The notes below the pieces were generated by a model. It made no database searches. It saw only the letters and a list, made by a program, of their open reading frames with translations, and had not been told where the DNA came from. DNA of 64,000 nucleotides from Nitrosopumilaceae archaeon (GTDB lineage Archaea; Thermoproteota; Nitrososphaeria; Nitrososphaerales; Nitrosopumilaceae). Below are positions 37,601 to 43,245 of the stretch, in pieces (position 1 is the stretch's first letter; the number at the start of each line of letters is the position of its first letter). A program made the translations under genes and the position numbers. The DNA lies in NCBI GenBank assembly GCA_965203465.1, contig CBDBCR010000001.1:480001-544000 (forward strand). The letters are read 5' to 3'.

Positions 37601-40005
37601 CCGCGCTGGCCGGCGGCGTGCGCGACAACTCGGACAACGCGCTGGCCTCGGACATGACGGTCAACGCGCCGTGGAGGCCGGCCACAATAGACATAGTCTC
37701 GCTCGAAATGTACTCCGACGGCCCCAACCCGCTGCTGGCCGGGATAGGGGACACGGTCAGGCTGGTCTTTTCGACCTCGACGGGCGTCTCTGCCATATCG
37801 GGCGCCGAGATCCGGCTGTCCGGAAAGACCACCGAGGTCTCCGTGACCGAATCGGGGTTCACCGCCGCGTACACCGTCTCGGCCGGCGACAGCGAGGGGC
37901 CCGTCTCGGTAGCGGCCGTCGTGCGCAACGAGGCCGGCTCGCTGCTGGCCCTCTCGGGGGCGGACCTGCGCGGCGAGCCGGTGCGCATAGACACCTCGCC
38001 CCCGGAGCTGGAGACTGCAATGTTCGCCGGATCCCGCTCTGTTCTGCTGGTCTTTTCCGAGCCGGTGCTGACCACCAGCAACGACTACGATCTGAGCGTG
38101 GACGGCTCGCCGGTCACTGCCGGCGCGGCCAACTCGGGCCTGCCCGTCATAATGCTCGTATGGACAGGCTCGGTGACGGCCATGTCGGGCACCTCGACTG
38201 GCACCCTGCAGGTATCGGCCTCGCTTACCGACGTGGCCGGCAACGCGTTCGAGGCGCGCGCGGTATCGGTCTCGGGCGCCCAGACGGAGATCTCGGTGCG
38301 GCCCCTGCAGGCAGCCGACGCGCCCGGCTCGGCGCCGGCCGCGCAGACCGGCTCGGGCAGGGCGCCGGTCACGCCGGTACCGGTCTCCGAAGAGGTGCGC
38401 TCGGTCTCGTTCGAGCCGGTCGGCGGGCCGGCGGTCCCGGCCATCGACCTTTCGCAGCTGCCCGACCTGAGCGCGCAGCAGGCGCAGCAGCTGTGCGCCG
38501 AGGCGGGCAGGCAGCTGAGCGCGGGGTGCTCTGCCAACACGGCCCTTGTCGGCCCCCTGACGGTCAGCGTGGGCGGGCTGGTAGAGCGCGTGGAGTTTGC
38601 CGCCGGCACGCGCGTGGCCGGGCTGCCGCCCAACGAGCAGCTGCGCGTGTACGCGGCCGCCGAGGAGCGCGCCGGCATCGCGCTCTCCGGATACGACCGC
38701 TCCGACGAGGCGCGGGGGTACCGCGTGGAAGATTCCAGGACGGTCGAGCTGGGCTCGCCGCAGGACAACGTGCTGTTCAGCGAGCCGGTCCGCGCCGTGT
38801 TCGATCCGCTGGCGCTGTACCGCGGCACGCTGGTGTACTCTATAGACGCCGACGGGCGCGTGCTCACTGTCCCCGAGTGCCGCGACGTATCGGATTCCGG
38901 CTCCGCAAAGGCGTTCATCGAGGGATCGGACGCGCGCGCCTGCGTCGACTACGGCAGCTCGTCGGTCTGGACGATGCACTTTACCGTGTTCGGCGTCGCC
39001 GAGCCGGTCCGCGGCGGCTCCGAATGCGACGACTGCACGCCGCCCACGCTCGGCTACGACGCGTACGGGGCCAGGCTGGTATCGGGCGGCTTTGCGTACA
39101 ACGGGCTGGTCTCGGACGTAGAGTACTTTTTCACCCCGTACCCGCTCATCGAATCCGAGGTCGGCAAGCAGAACAACATTACGCTAAAGATGTACGAAAA
39201 CGAGGGGCCCGGCAACGTGGAGCGCGTCTCGGTGGCGTTCGGGCTGCGCTCCGGCGAGGTCATATCGGAGAGCAGGGCGGTCATAAACTACGACATTTCG
39301 TTCGACGGGACCGGCTCCCTTTCGGCCATAGACCCGGAGAACGCCATCGACCTCGAGACGCTCTCGGCCGAGCACCGGACGGTGCAGTGCTCGCCCGGCT
39401 CGGAGCTGCAGTGCCTGTCGGTGTCGATAAGCCACTCGTTCCGCGCGCCGCTCGAGTTCGACATCGTGGGCACCGACGTGTGGGACACCCAGCGCAACTC
39501 GTGGCAGAACTACTTCAACCACGGCATACGGGTGACCGGCGAATCGCTCAACCCGGTGCCGGGCGTGCGCGTCAACGGCGGCGAGCTGCTCCTCCGCCCC
39601 TTGGTGGAGGGCTCCAACAACGTGGACGTGATGGCCGGCGAGGACGGCGCGCTGTACCGGCTGGCCCCCGACGGCCTGTACAAGCCGCTGCGCAACATCT
39701 CGTCGCTCTTCCACGAGGTAGACGAATCCATGTACACCTACGACGGAATACCGATGCAGGGCTACGACAGGTCCGATCCCCAGTTCCAGTCGGTCCTGGA
39801 GGAGCAGCTGGCGCTGGCAAGGGCGGTCCTGGAGCAGATGAACCTGGGCAGGCAGGGCTGGCAGGAGGGGTTCGAGGAGGCCGAGCAGTCCGTGCACACG
39901 GCCATAGACAGGATGGAGGCGCTGCGCGCCGACATACAGGCCGAGCGCGAGAGGGCCGAGCGCCTGTTCCTCGAAAGGTACGGCCCGACCGACAGGCCCG
40001 AGTGA
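25660..40005 (+). CDS. Giant (~4780 aa) secreted Ig-like-repeat surface protein/adhesin with a thaumarchaeal C-terminal domain
   Basis: Signal peptide MRGVLGILVLAAAALGVLAALPGAEA; more than 30 repeats of D..P.L.SA.L....G.L.LTF.E.V; C-terminal CDDCTPPTLG...GFAYNG...FFTPYPLI...YFNHGI domain. Confidence 0.9.
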   Translation: MRGVLGILVLAAAALGVLAALPGAEATTPTLSTFVHGGQTFAGTLDTHNDGTWASKLTITFNTPMKAQTDDATALAGIVVKQGIANSNIVSYDPVTGHAIEFSGNTVIIRYLPAQEDGLRRHQELGSTLWIKSDALASADTSTNFSGFGRSGTIGSGTDVDNSSEALRWARDSTTPKVASATLDKDTGVLYIVADESLAYGQYGAGGTKTATYPTTLNSPGQTANANATKFHLRDGATASTGGIDMSASNSPSTHRSPVHEIRFTLSPTQLSTLIAYTNPHLHIDADAFEGLDSDGDPGTNPNAAIAKQLNYLPRLSAAELTVTTRALSLTFDESVTKNSGTFYIRNSDTGAYDSSTDVTGTLAVSGTGGTATLTASDVTRVLGMSTPHLHLNAGAVTDAGGADNLKKVRALTVTHPSPELSAAALAGTTLTLTLDIAVKSGDADVDQSKVRVRDGAGTSGGTALAGSTVSSTGDSATVTLTLTSSQVTTVEGYAAPHVYLEAGAVTSTNNVAGAAPSLSRALGIQPELESASVDLNNFTTGSGQNTAYYAGKLTLNFNVDVGVNASDADTLPKVTVREADNSPTVTLDTNASIITSTATVEIGLTPAQKEAIRAMSGNLEVLIGASAFKSDRGSLALPAVADGDLSVPSGSVTADATAPRIKSAAINEGTGIVTFNFDELVQADAADINLGNLQIYTPAEGNYPLTGSAVTSSGDAAAITIDMTESIRQNVIALSNPQYWFSGGAAVQDLDGNFVAAGTIGESTETADTLKPELSSAALDEGTGVLTLTFNETVKAGDSDVDQAKIYLVNTAVITGGTSLNGATVSSTGNGAAVTIQLTETQRQAAIGYANPYVYFDAEAVKDTSDQTIAASTTQTVTSVTDEADNDKPALSSASLNQGTGAWTVAFSEIVSAGSAVGTTIYVGTSTTYNSTNDVALTVPSTAASASGTLSTSDIQKVLALTGPKVYVVANAVQDTSNNGIAAANVSLAKAADTTAPTLSSASLNQGTGAWTVAFSEIVSAGSAVGTTIYVGTSTTYNSTNDVALTVPSTAASASGTLSTSDIQKVLALTGPKVYVVANAVQDTSNNGIAAANVSLAKAADTTAPTLSSASLNQGTGAWTVAFSEIVSAGSAVGTTIYVGTSTTYNSTNDVALTVPSTAASASGTLSTSDIQKVLALTGPKVYVVANAVQDTSNNGIAAANVSLAKAADTTAPTLSSASLNQGTGAWTVAFSEIVSAGSAVGTTIYVGTSTTYNSTNDVALTVPSTAASASGTLSTSDIQKVLALTGPKVYVVANAVQDTSNNGIAAANVSLAKAADTTAPTLSSASLNQGTGAWTVAFSEIVSAGSAVGTTIYVGTSTTYNSTNDVALTVPSTAASASGTLSVSDIQKVLALTGPKVYVVANAVQDTSNNGIAAANVSLAKAADADAPTLSSASLNQGTGAWTVAFSEIVSAGSAVGTTIYVGTSTTYNSTNDVALTVPSTAASASGTLSTSDIQKVIAMTGPRVYVVANAVQDTSNNGIAAANVALAKAADNTAPTLSSASIHEGTGAWTVTFSEIVSAGSASGTVMYVGESSTYDSDTDVALTVPSLAASSSGTLGEADRQKVIAMGTPSVYVVANAVKDTSDRQFAATAGVGASITQDTTPPALDSNTVPDLDEGTGTLTLTFSETVKAGDGDVQQNLIYIRDGPGTTGGVSLSSATVSSTGNGLVVTLELKEPERQSAIGYADPHVRFAPGAVKDTSDQDVAAATVRIDDDTTDTIPPQLLSAAFDEGTGILTLTFDETVKAGDADVGQASMHVRDGAGQSSGGTQLTDAEVTSTGNSVRVTVKMGEEQRQAVIGYSNPHFYFGAGAVQDTSGTALGSQISDADISVTADSVDPALLTGQTTRPEINEGTGEYTVRFSETVSAGTASGTSVYVRDGAGAYDPATDVRLAVPSSAVSVSGTLGEADRQRIVAMATPTVHAVADAVQDTRGNGSGAASSAAAITPDTIKPELSSAALDEGTGVLRLTFGETVKASDSDVVQSGIHVADGAVIAGGTSLDGATVSSTGNGPVVTVQLTEVQRQAAIGYTNPHVYLDAGAAKDTSDQTVAASTAQTAVRVADEADDDKPTVVSAELDEAEGRLTVEFSETVHVTGVSPEMVSITKSGDASMSLALGENQRFDLVLSDGATKSVRFIMTEQQRVSVSALAPQTVVLSAGAVNDTSDNDLDAETLITPGKLTVVQDSTPPSVSSVSMILDASSPSASVRFTESVRNLDTAQLSVAETSPRTGSQALSRSAALHNGDRLAVIPLTEAERTAISGFSGTLRLAGASGAWSDAAGNSTPGDSEDIDMRRIGQDTHAPALSSAAVNLSGLTMSMTFGETVDVSEFQPARITVLSSNNKSGTLLSSVTSTEDGNTVVLGLSGSEALSISRASQLSAPAGTVKVSFESGAWKDLAGNPNAGGQLAGVPVSGSSSETVRLVYSVLNVEGRPSLDLYFDGQVDLSAFDASKIDVKDGSGANKMDMSGSPLPESTNNFSPSGAIPSSAASKVVLPLSLAQKKTANGYSSATLDADQGAWTSVHGVGSAALSAVSVDGIEKDGAGPLLASVHMAYGAGSQPGKRLLLTFEEPVDAATFTKVHHAALFLDSLLLKTNLFQYNEPVRDNGAIVNYATQAAADAVRPGDSDCETRRYDANMTTIFRRFCVETLPEGHLGSLQLNNSFSGAPSPSSGFTRTITIGVYNNFVQEMIRDLFDPATLGGNTYDLRPGATSLPLRLWVPSNTVSDVAGNPTSPTRAFTVQSSSTDAMPVSASLDLSAPSLTLTFDRKLSSLDPSKIYVGGPASTSATALDGGTALSGSVTGPSVVASSASSTAVISLSAAELSALTNMVTADGYPRLIHSDAGAWSVAGIASPNFLRMMPVPVSAAAAMASAPSLTSASLDLSSEPAALSLAFDRAVDVSEFRTYQLHVSADAAVSDDDASLFLPTSTAADGAAVSVPLTGAQKEAVQAMSGSPVLLYEAGTWQDAQGNRLASGGSQALSITPDALRPSLSRSELDRGAGLLSLTFSEKVGLGGGSALLVASAGQSSQTYTIPQGASSVAEPGAQHSTRIDALLTEAQRSAMNAFLAAPGSSVSLSLEAGYVSDVTGNSLAAVSGASLDTDTPDTQVPLLLSATVSTADKMLTLVFDETVDAGSLDLTKFAFSNIGETSQLYLDDSGTLDDAALAAGQQDSPTLVVELTDAQADFAASQRVPHLDIDSGAYQDTAGNALASNAHDLDLLVQQDTVPPVLQSASLEAHSGVLTLVFDDAIDAAPSYNVDLAAVYLSRPGQADERSLSGASLVTSTDTDTLSVRLDENSRRQAIDWAGQGGVEVDVSAGAFSDIFRNRIGSQPDTGVAYSADATPPELVSASLDGVTGRLVMTFSEAVRSPDLAKILISSDTGTGLAGGTVDTAGPGAAVIATLSERARQDIAKKTGALDIELQSGAVADYAGVPVGARAKNLASPLLAFSPDASAPALELAVLNLGSAELALTFSEPVWRTDLSKITVSGQGGSHAMTGASVGRPALDSETVTISDIPEATVSALVQLSGLSLDLGSGAVYDSSNNPVAAAQGLSLRTSADSTAPVPQSASFDEESGVLTVSFDESVRNPDASMISMSVSLQGAQASASGSDVTVSLTEQQRLREVAAIGGSSSVRVSLQAGAVLNLSAISVEASSIDAAVSKDSTPPSLVSQSLDLNDGALVLRFSETVIVSRLSGISAGGQSLGSANLSGDRTAELTVSLPESARQALIGQSSPSVSIEAGAVSDASGNAPALSGALSVAPDTTAPEVLRVGVNLNTGLVRIVLDEWVQSSGIDASLMAVRGGGAQVTLGGSASAAQDTVRLQLSPEDLATVASVQTSTLDFVIAGGAGIADTAGNALADTTRILRIDDPVPPQLVSARITGPSSILLEFSEDLMDSSVSTSAFRVGQLAITSAVETSGGAVLLTVQDLPEGQPQQVTALAGGVRDNSDNALASDMTVNAPWRPATIDIVSLEMYSDGPNPLLAGIGDTVRLVFSTSTGVSAISGAEIRLSGKTTEVSVTESGFTAAYTVSAGDSEGPVSVAAVVRNEAGSLLALSGADLRGEPVRIDTSPPELETAMFAGSRSVLLVFSEPVLTTSNDYDLSVDGSPVTAGAANSGLPVIMLVWTGSVTAMSGTSTGTLQVSASLTDVAGNAFEARAVSVSGAQTEISVRPLQAADAPGSAPAAQTGSGRAPVTPVPVSEEVRSVSFEPVGGPAVPAIDLSQLPDLSAQQAQQLCAEAGRQLSAGCSANTALVGPLTVSVGGLVERVEFAAGTRVAGLPPNEQLRVYAAAEERAGIALSGYDRSDEARGYRVEDSRTVELGSPQDNVLFSEPVRAVFDPLALYRGTLVYSIDADGRVLTVPECRDVSDSGSAKAFIEGSDARACVDYGSSSVWTMHFTVFGVAEPVRGGSECDDCTPPTLGYDAYGARLVSGGFAYNGLVSDVEYFFTPYPLIESEVGKQNNITLKMYENEGPGNVERVSVAFGLRSGEVISESRAVINYDISFDGTGSLSAIDPENAIDLETLSAEHRTVQCSPGSELQCLSVSISHSFRAPLEFDIVGTDVWDTQRNSWQNYFNHGIRVTGESLNPVPGVRVNGGELLLRPLVEGSNNVDVMAGEDGALYRLAPDGLYKPLRNISSLFHEVDESMYTYDGIPMQGYDRSDPQFQSVLEEQLALARAVLEQMNLGRQGWQEGFEEAEQSVHTAIDRMEALRADIQAERERAERLFLERYGPTDRPE
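28327..30270 (+). repeat. Six near-identical 324-bp (108-aa) tandem repeats, followed by a diverged seventh
   Basis: Units start at about 28327, 28651, 28975, 29299, 29623 and 29947 (SSASLNQGTGAWTVAFSEIV...AANVSLAKAAD). Confidence 0.95.
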
Positions 40006-40013
40006 TCCCGGCC

Positions 40014-41471
40014 CTACGCGGCCCCCGGATCCTCCACGCCGTAGTATTCCGAGGCGGCCGCAAAGACGCCCGCAGAGCCGCCCGAGCACCCCGAGACTAT
40101 GCGGGCCCTCCTCTCCAGGTCCGCGGCCGCGTCGCGTATCCCCAGGAACCGCGCGGCGCGCCCCAGGCGCAGGCTGCGGCGCGCAAGCTCGCCGGCCGAG
40201 CCGGGCAGCAGCGAATCCGAACCGGGATCGTAGCGGAACACCTCGCGCAGCGACGGGGCCCCGTCTCCGGGGACCACCTCCGAGACGCCCAGCACGCGCC
40301 TGGCCAGCCGGCCGCCGGGCAGCCGCGCCCTGCCGGCGTGCACGACGTAGTCTATGGCCGAGATCTGGGCACCGGGCACGCCCATGCCCTCGCCGCCGAG
40401 GCGGGCCAGCAGCTCGGCGGCCCCCGAGGCGTGCGCGCTCGAGGTGCAGCCGTGGCCGGTCAGGGCCACCTGGAAGAGCTGCCTCGCCTCCTCGCCGCGC
40501 ACCTCGCCGACTATGACCCAGTGCGGCTTTTTGCGCATGGCCGCCATGCCCAAGTCCATGATGCCCACGTCGTACTCGGACCTGACCAGCTGCGGGCTCT
40601 GGCGGGTCACCAGGTATTCGGCCCAAAAGTGCGGCAGCGAGAGCTCGCGCACCTCCTCGATGGCCAGCACGTGCCAGCGCGGGTTGGACAGGCAGGCCAG
40701 GGCGTTTATCAGCGTGGTCTTGCCCGCGCCGGTCTGGCCCACCACGAACGAAAATGCCCTCGCGTCGTTCATCAGCCAGACGTAGGCCGCCAGCAGCGGG
40801 CCGAACGTGCCGGCCCCCAGCAGGTCGGGCACCGCGTACGGCCGCTCGGGGAACTTGCGCACGGCCAGCGTGGAGCCGGGCCGCGAGACCTGGTCCCTCC
40901 ACGTTATGGTTATGCGGCTGTTGTCCGGCGCCGAGCAGCACAGCACGGGGCGCGCCGTGGTGGGCGCCTGGCCGTTGCGCTGCGACATCACCTGCAGCAG
41001 GCCGTCGAAGGATTCGCGCGTGGCGAACCGGACGTTGGTCTTTAGCATCTCGAATTCCTGAAAGTCGCGGTGTATCACCGCCGCCTCCCTGTCGTGCCTG
41101 GTGCATATGACGTCCTCCACGCGCGGATCCCTCATGGGCACGTCCAGCTCGCGGTACCCTTCGACGTCGCGCACCACATAGTACTCTACTGCTTCCCTCT
41201 CTTTGGCGTACTCTTCGTAGAGGCCAGCCTGCCTGGCTTCTGCCTCGAGCGATTCTATGACGGGGCGCGCCCCGCCGCCGCCCGAGTACGAATAGTAGAG
41301 GTTCTCCATGAGGCCGCGCCAGACCTTCTCTGCGCCCGAGCTGAGCCGCGGCTCGCAGACCAGGTACCTGCCCCCGCGCGTCACCCAGACCCTGGCCGGG
41401 CCCACCGAGTACGAGGCCGCTATCCGCGCCGGCTCGGCGGACTCTAGCCTGGCTATGGCGAACCCGCGCAC
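40014..41471 (-). CDS. Type II/IV secretion ATPase (TadA/VirB11/ArlI family)
   Basis: MRDPRVEDV, TLAVRKF, GQTGAGKTT, IEEVREL, VIVGEVRG, LTGHG...HA. Confidence 0.93.
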   Translation of the reverse strand: MRGFAIARLESAEPARIAASYSVGPARVWVTRGGRYLVCEPRLSSGAEKVWRGLMENLYYSYSGGGGARPVIESLEAEARQAGLYEEYAKEREAVEYYVVRDVEGYRELDVPMRDPRVEDVICTRHDREAAVIHRDFQEFEMLKTNVRFATRESFDGLLQVMSQRNGQAPTTARPVLCCSAPDNSRITITWRDQVSRPGSTLAVRKFPERPYAVPDLLGAGTFGPLLAAYVWLMNDARAFSFVVGQTGAGKTTLINALACLSNPRWHVLAIEEVRELSLPHFWAEYLVTRQSPQLVRSEYDVGIMDLGMAAMRKKPHWVIVGEVRGEEARQLFQVALTGHGCTSSAHASGAAELLARLGGEGMGVPGAQISAIDYVVHAGRARLPGGRLARRVLGVSEVVPGDGAPSLREVFRYDPGSDSLLPGSAGELARRSLRLGRAARFLGIRDAAADLERRARIVSGCSGGSAGVFAAASEYYGVEDPGAA

Positions 41472-41494
41472 GCAGACGCGTGCCGCGCGCGCCT

Positions 41495-41732
41495 TTAAGG
41501 GCGGGCCCGCTTTTTGCCGAACTCCAAGAGCCACTCGCGCGTCTCTTGGTCCAAGTCCTCCAGCCTAGTGATTCGGGGAGGCTCGTTGTCGATGAATATC
41601 CGCCTGGCCTCCTCCTCGGAGTAGCCGGTCCACTTTGTCGCGTAGTATATGGCCGTCTCCAAAATCTCCGCCTCGGGCGCGCTCCTTCCGCATATCTCGC
41701 GCGCGTTCTCTCATCCTGTCTCGGTATTCCAC
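41495..41732 (-). pseudogene. Small paralog copy A, 2-nt deletion near 41711
   Basis: VEYRDRM / ENAREICGRSAPEAEILETAIYYATKWTGYSEEEARRIFIDNEP...REWLLEFGKKRARP*; ATG-A-GAG where the other copies have ATG-ATA-GAG. Confidence 0.8.
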
Positions 41733-41817
41733 GCAGGTTTCCCGGCGAGCGCCAATTTATGGCTTGCATCCGCGCCGCAAAGGAGCACGTTCTGCGCGCC
41801 GGCAATCTGCACGACTT

Positions 41818-42090
41818 TCACGACGCGCCGGTTCTGGCGGGCTCAGCCTTGCGAGCCGCGGCCTGCTTTTTGTCAAACTCCAAGAGCCACTCGCGTGAAC
41901 TCGGGCTGAGATCGTCGAGCGTCACAATCTTCTCCGGCTCGTTGTCGATGAATATCCGCCTGGCCTCTTCCTCGGACAGGCCCGTCCACTTTGTCGCGTA
42001 GTATATCGCCTTCTCCAAGACTTCCGCCTCGGGCGCGCTTTCGCCGCATATCTCGCGCGCGTTCTCTATCATCCTCTCTCGGTACTCCAT
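41818..42090 (-). CDS. Small paralog copy B (90 aa, intact)
   Basis: MEYRERMIENAREICGESAPEAEVLEKAIYYATKWTGLSEEEARRIFIDNEP...; TATAAAA about 25 nt upstream. Confidence 0.8.
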   Translation of the reverse strand: MEYRERMIENAREICGESAPEAEVLEKAIYYATKWTGLSEEEARRIFIDNEPEKIVTLDDLSPSSREWLLEFDKKQAAARKAEPARTGAS

Positions 42091-42148
42091 GTGGGGGATT
42101 ACAGTCATGGTTTTATATGGTTTGTGATCGTGCACTCCGCAACCCCAG

Positions 42149-42907
42149 TCACAGGCGTATCAAGCGAACGCTCTCAGCGCGCGTTCTTGCCTCCAGCAGC
42201 CGGAGTACATTTCCATCGATCCGATCTACAAAGACCGCGATCGCCTCAAGCTCGGGGCCAGGCGCCATGACTGGAATCCGTGCCTCCCTTTCAGGCACTA
42301 GCGCAATCGCCATGGGGGTTCCAATCTTCTCGTCTGCGTCCAAATGCACGTGGCGGTATGTGTATTCTACCAGCGTGGCCCCTTCAACGCCGCGGATCGA
42401 GTCACCATTATACACAAGGAGGGCGTTTCTGAAATAGCGTTCGGCAGATCCAACGTCCCACGAGACTGCCTTGAACGGGTATTTTCCCATGTGGCCGCTA
42501 GTTCTAGTTTCTAATACGTCTAGCGCTTCTCTGACACTCGTTCCCCTAAACATGGCGGAGGCATTCCCATAGTCCCTCTTGTGCGCAGCGGCAACAGACG
42601 CCAAGTGCGCGTCCATCTCTTCCATGAGCTCTCTGCCGGCCGGCACGCGGGATACTTCCTCCCAGCTAGAGCCGTCATCGTCTGCCTCGCTGTAGCGCCC
42701 CAATATGCCCGCTTCCAGTTTTTTGGTTTTTTCGAGCCCCAAGTTTCTGACAGACTCGACATAGCCTGCGATCCGTAATTTGTGGACGCGCCGCCTCTCC
42801 CGCGTGCGCGCCTTTTCTCTATCAAACACGAGCCTGATCTCGTCGCGAGTTCCTCTGCGCCAAAAACTACCGCTGCCCGATCTGCTTCCGAACCCGTTCA
42901 CGTGCAC
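42149..42907 (-). CDS. Putative R-S-E clade ADP-ribosyltransferase-like protein
   Basis: MFRGTS ... FKAVSWDVGSAERY ... PEREARIP in the canonical order; markedly lower GC. Confidence 0.6.
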   Translation of the reverse strand: MHVNGFGSRSGSGSFWRRGTRDEIRLVFDREKARTRERRRVHKLRIAGYVESVRNLGLEKTKKLEAGILGRYSEADDDGSSWEEVSRVPAGRELMEEMDAHLASVAAAHKRDYGNASAMFRGTSVREALDVLETRTSGHMGKYPFKAVSWDVGSAERYFRNALLVYNGDSIRGVEGATLVEYTYRHVHLDADEKIGTPMAIALVPEREARIPVMAPGPELEAIAVFVDRIDGNVLRLLEARTRAESVRLIRL

Positions 42908-42941
42908 GATGCCCGCTCCGCACCGACGTAATTAAAACAAC

Positions 42942-43160
42942 CTACCCGTCCGGCTTTTTGTCGAACGACAAGAGCCACTCGCGCGACCTCGGGCTGAGAT
43001 CGTCTAGCGTCACGGGCCTTTGCGGCTCGTTGTCGATGAATATCCGCCTGGCCTCTTCCTCGGACAGGCCCGTCCACTTTGTCGCGTAGTATATGGCCGT
43101 CTCCAAAATCTCCGCCTCGGGCGCGCTTTCGACGCACACCTCACGCGCGTTCTCTATCAT
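42942..43160 (-). CDS. Small paralog copy C (the start codon used by the other copies reads GCG at 43176-78; internal ATG used)
   Basis: (EYRER)MIENAREVCVESAPEAEILETAIYYATKWTGLSEEEARRIFIDNEP...REWLLSFDKKPDG*. Confidence 0.7.
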   Translation of the reverse strand: MIENAREVCVESAPEAEILETAIYYATKWTGLSEEEARRIFIDNEPQRPVTLDDLSPRSREWLLSFDKKPDG

Positions 43161-43245
43161 CCTTTCCCGGTACTCCGCGGAAGCTGCCGGCGCCCGCCAA
43201 TTTATCGCTTGCCGCCCCCTTAAAGCCGGCCCGCGCCCGCGGGCC

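Noticed and set aside
37146-41045. 1299-aa Arg/Gly-rich ORF and many similar long shadow ORFs across the window
   Set aside because: Alternative-frame artefacts of high GC that overlap well-supported genes and lack motifs.
41495-43205. Triplicated unit as a DGR template/variable repeat or CRISPR
   Set aside because: No reverse transcriptase, and the differences are not adenine-specific; the units are coding paralogs.
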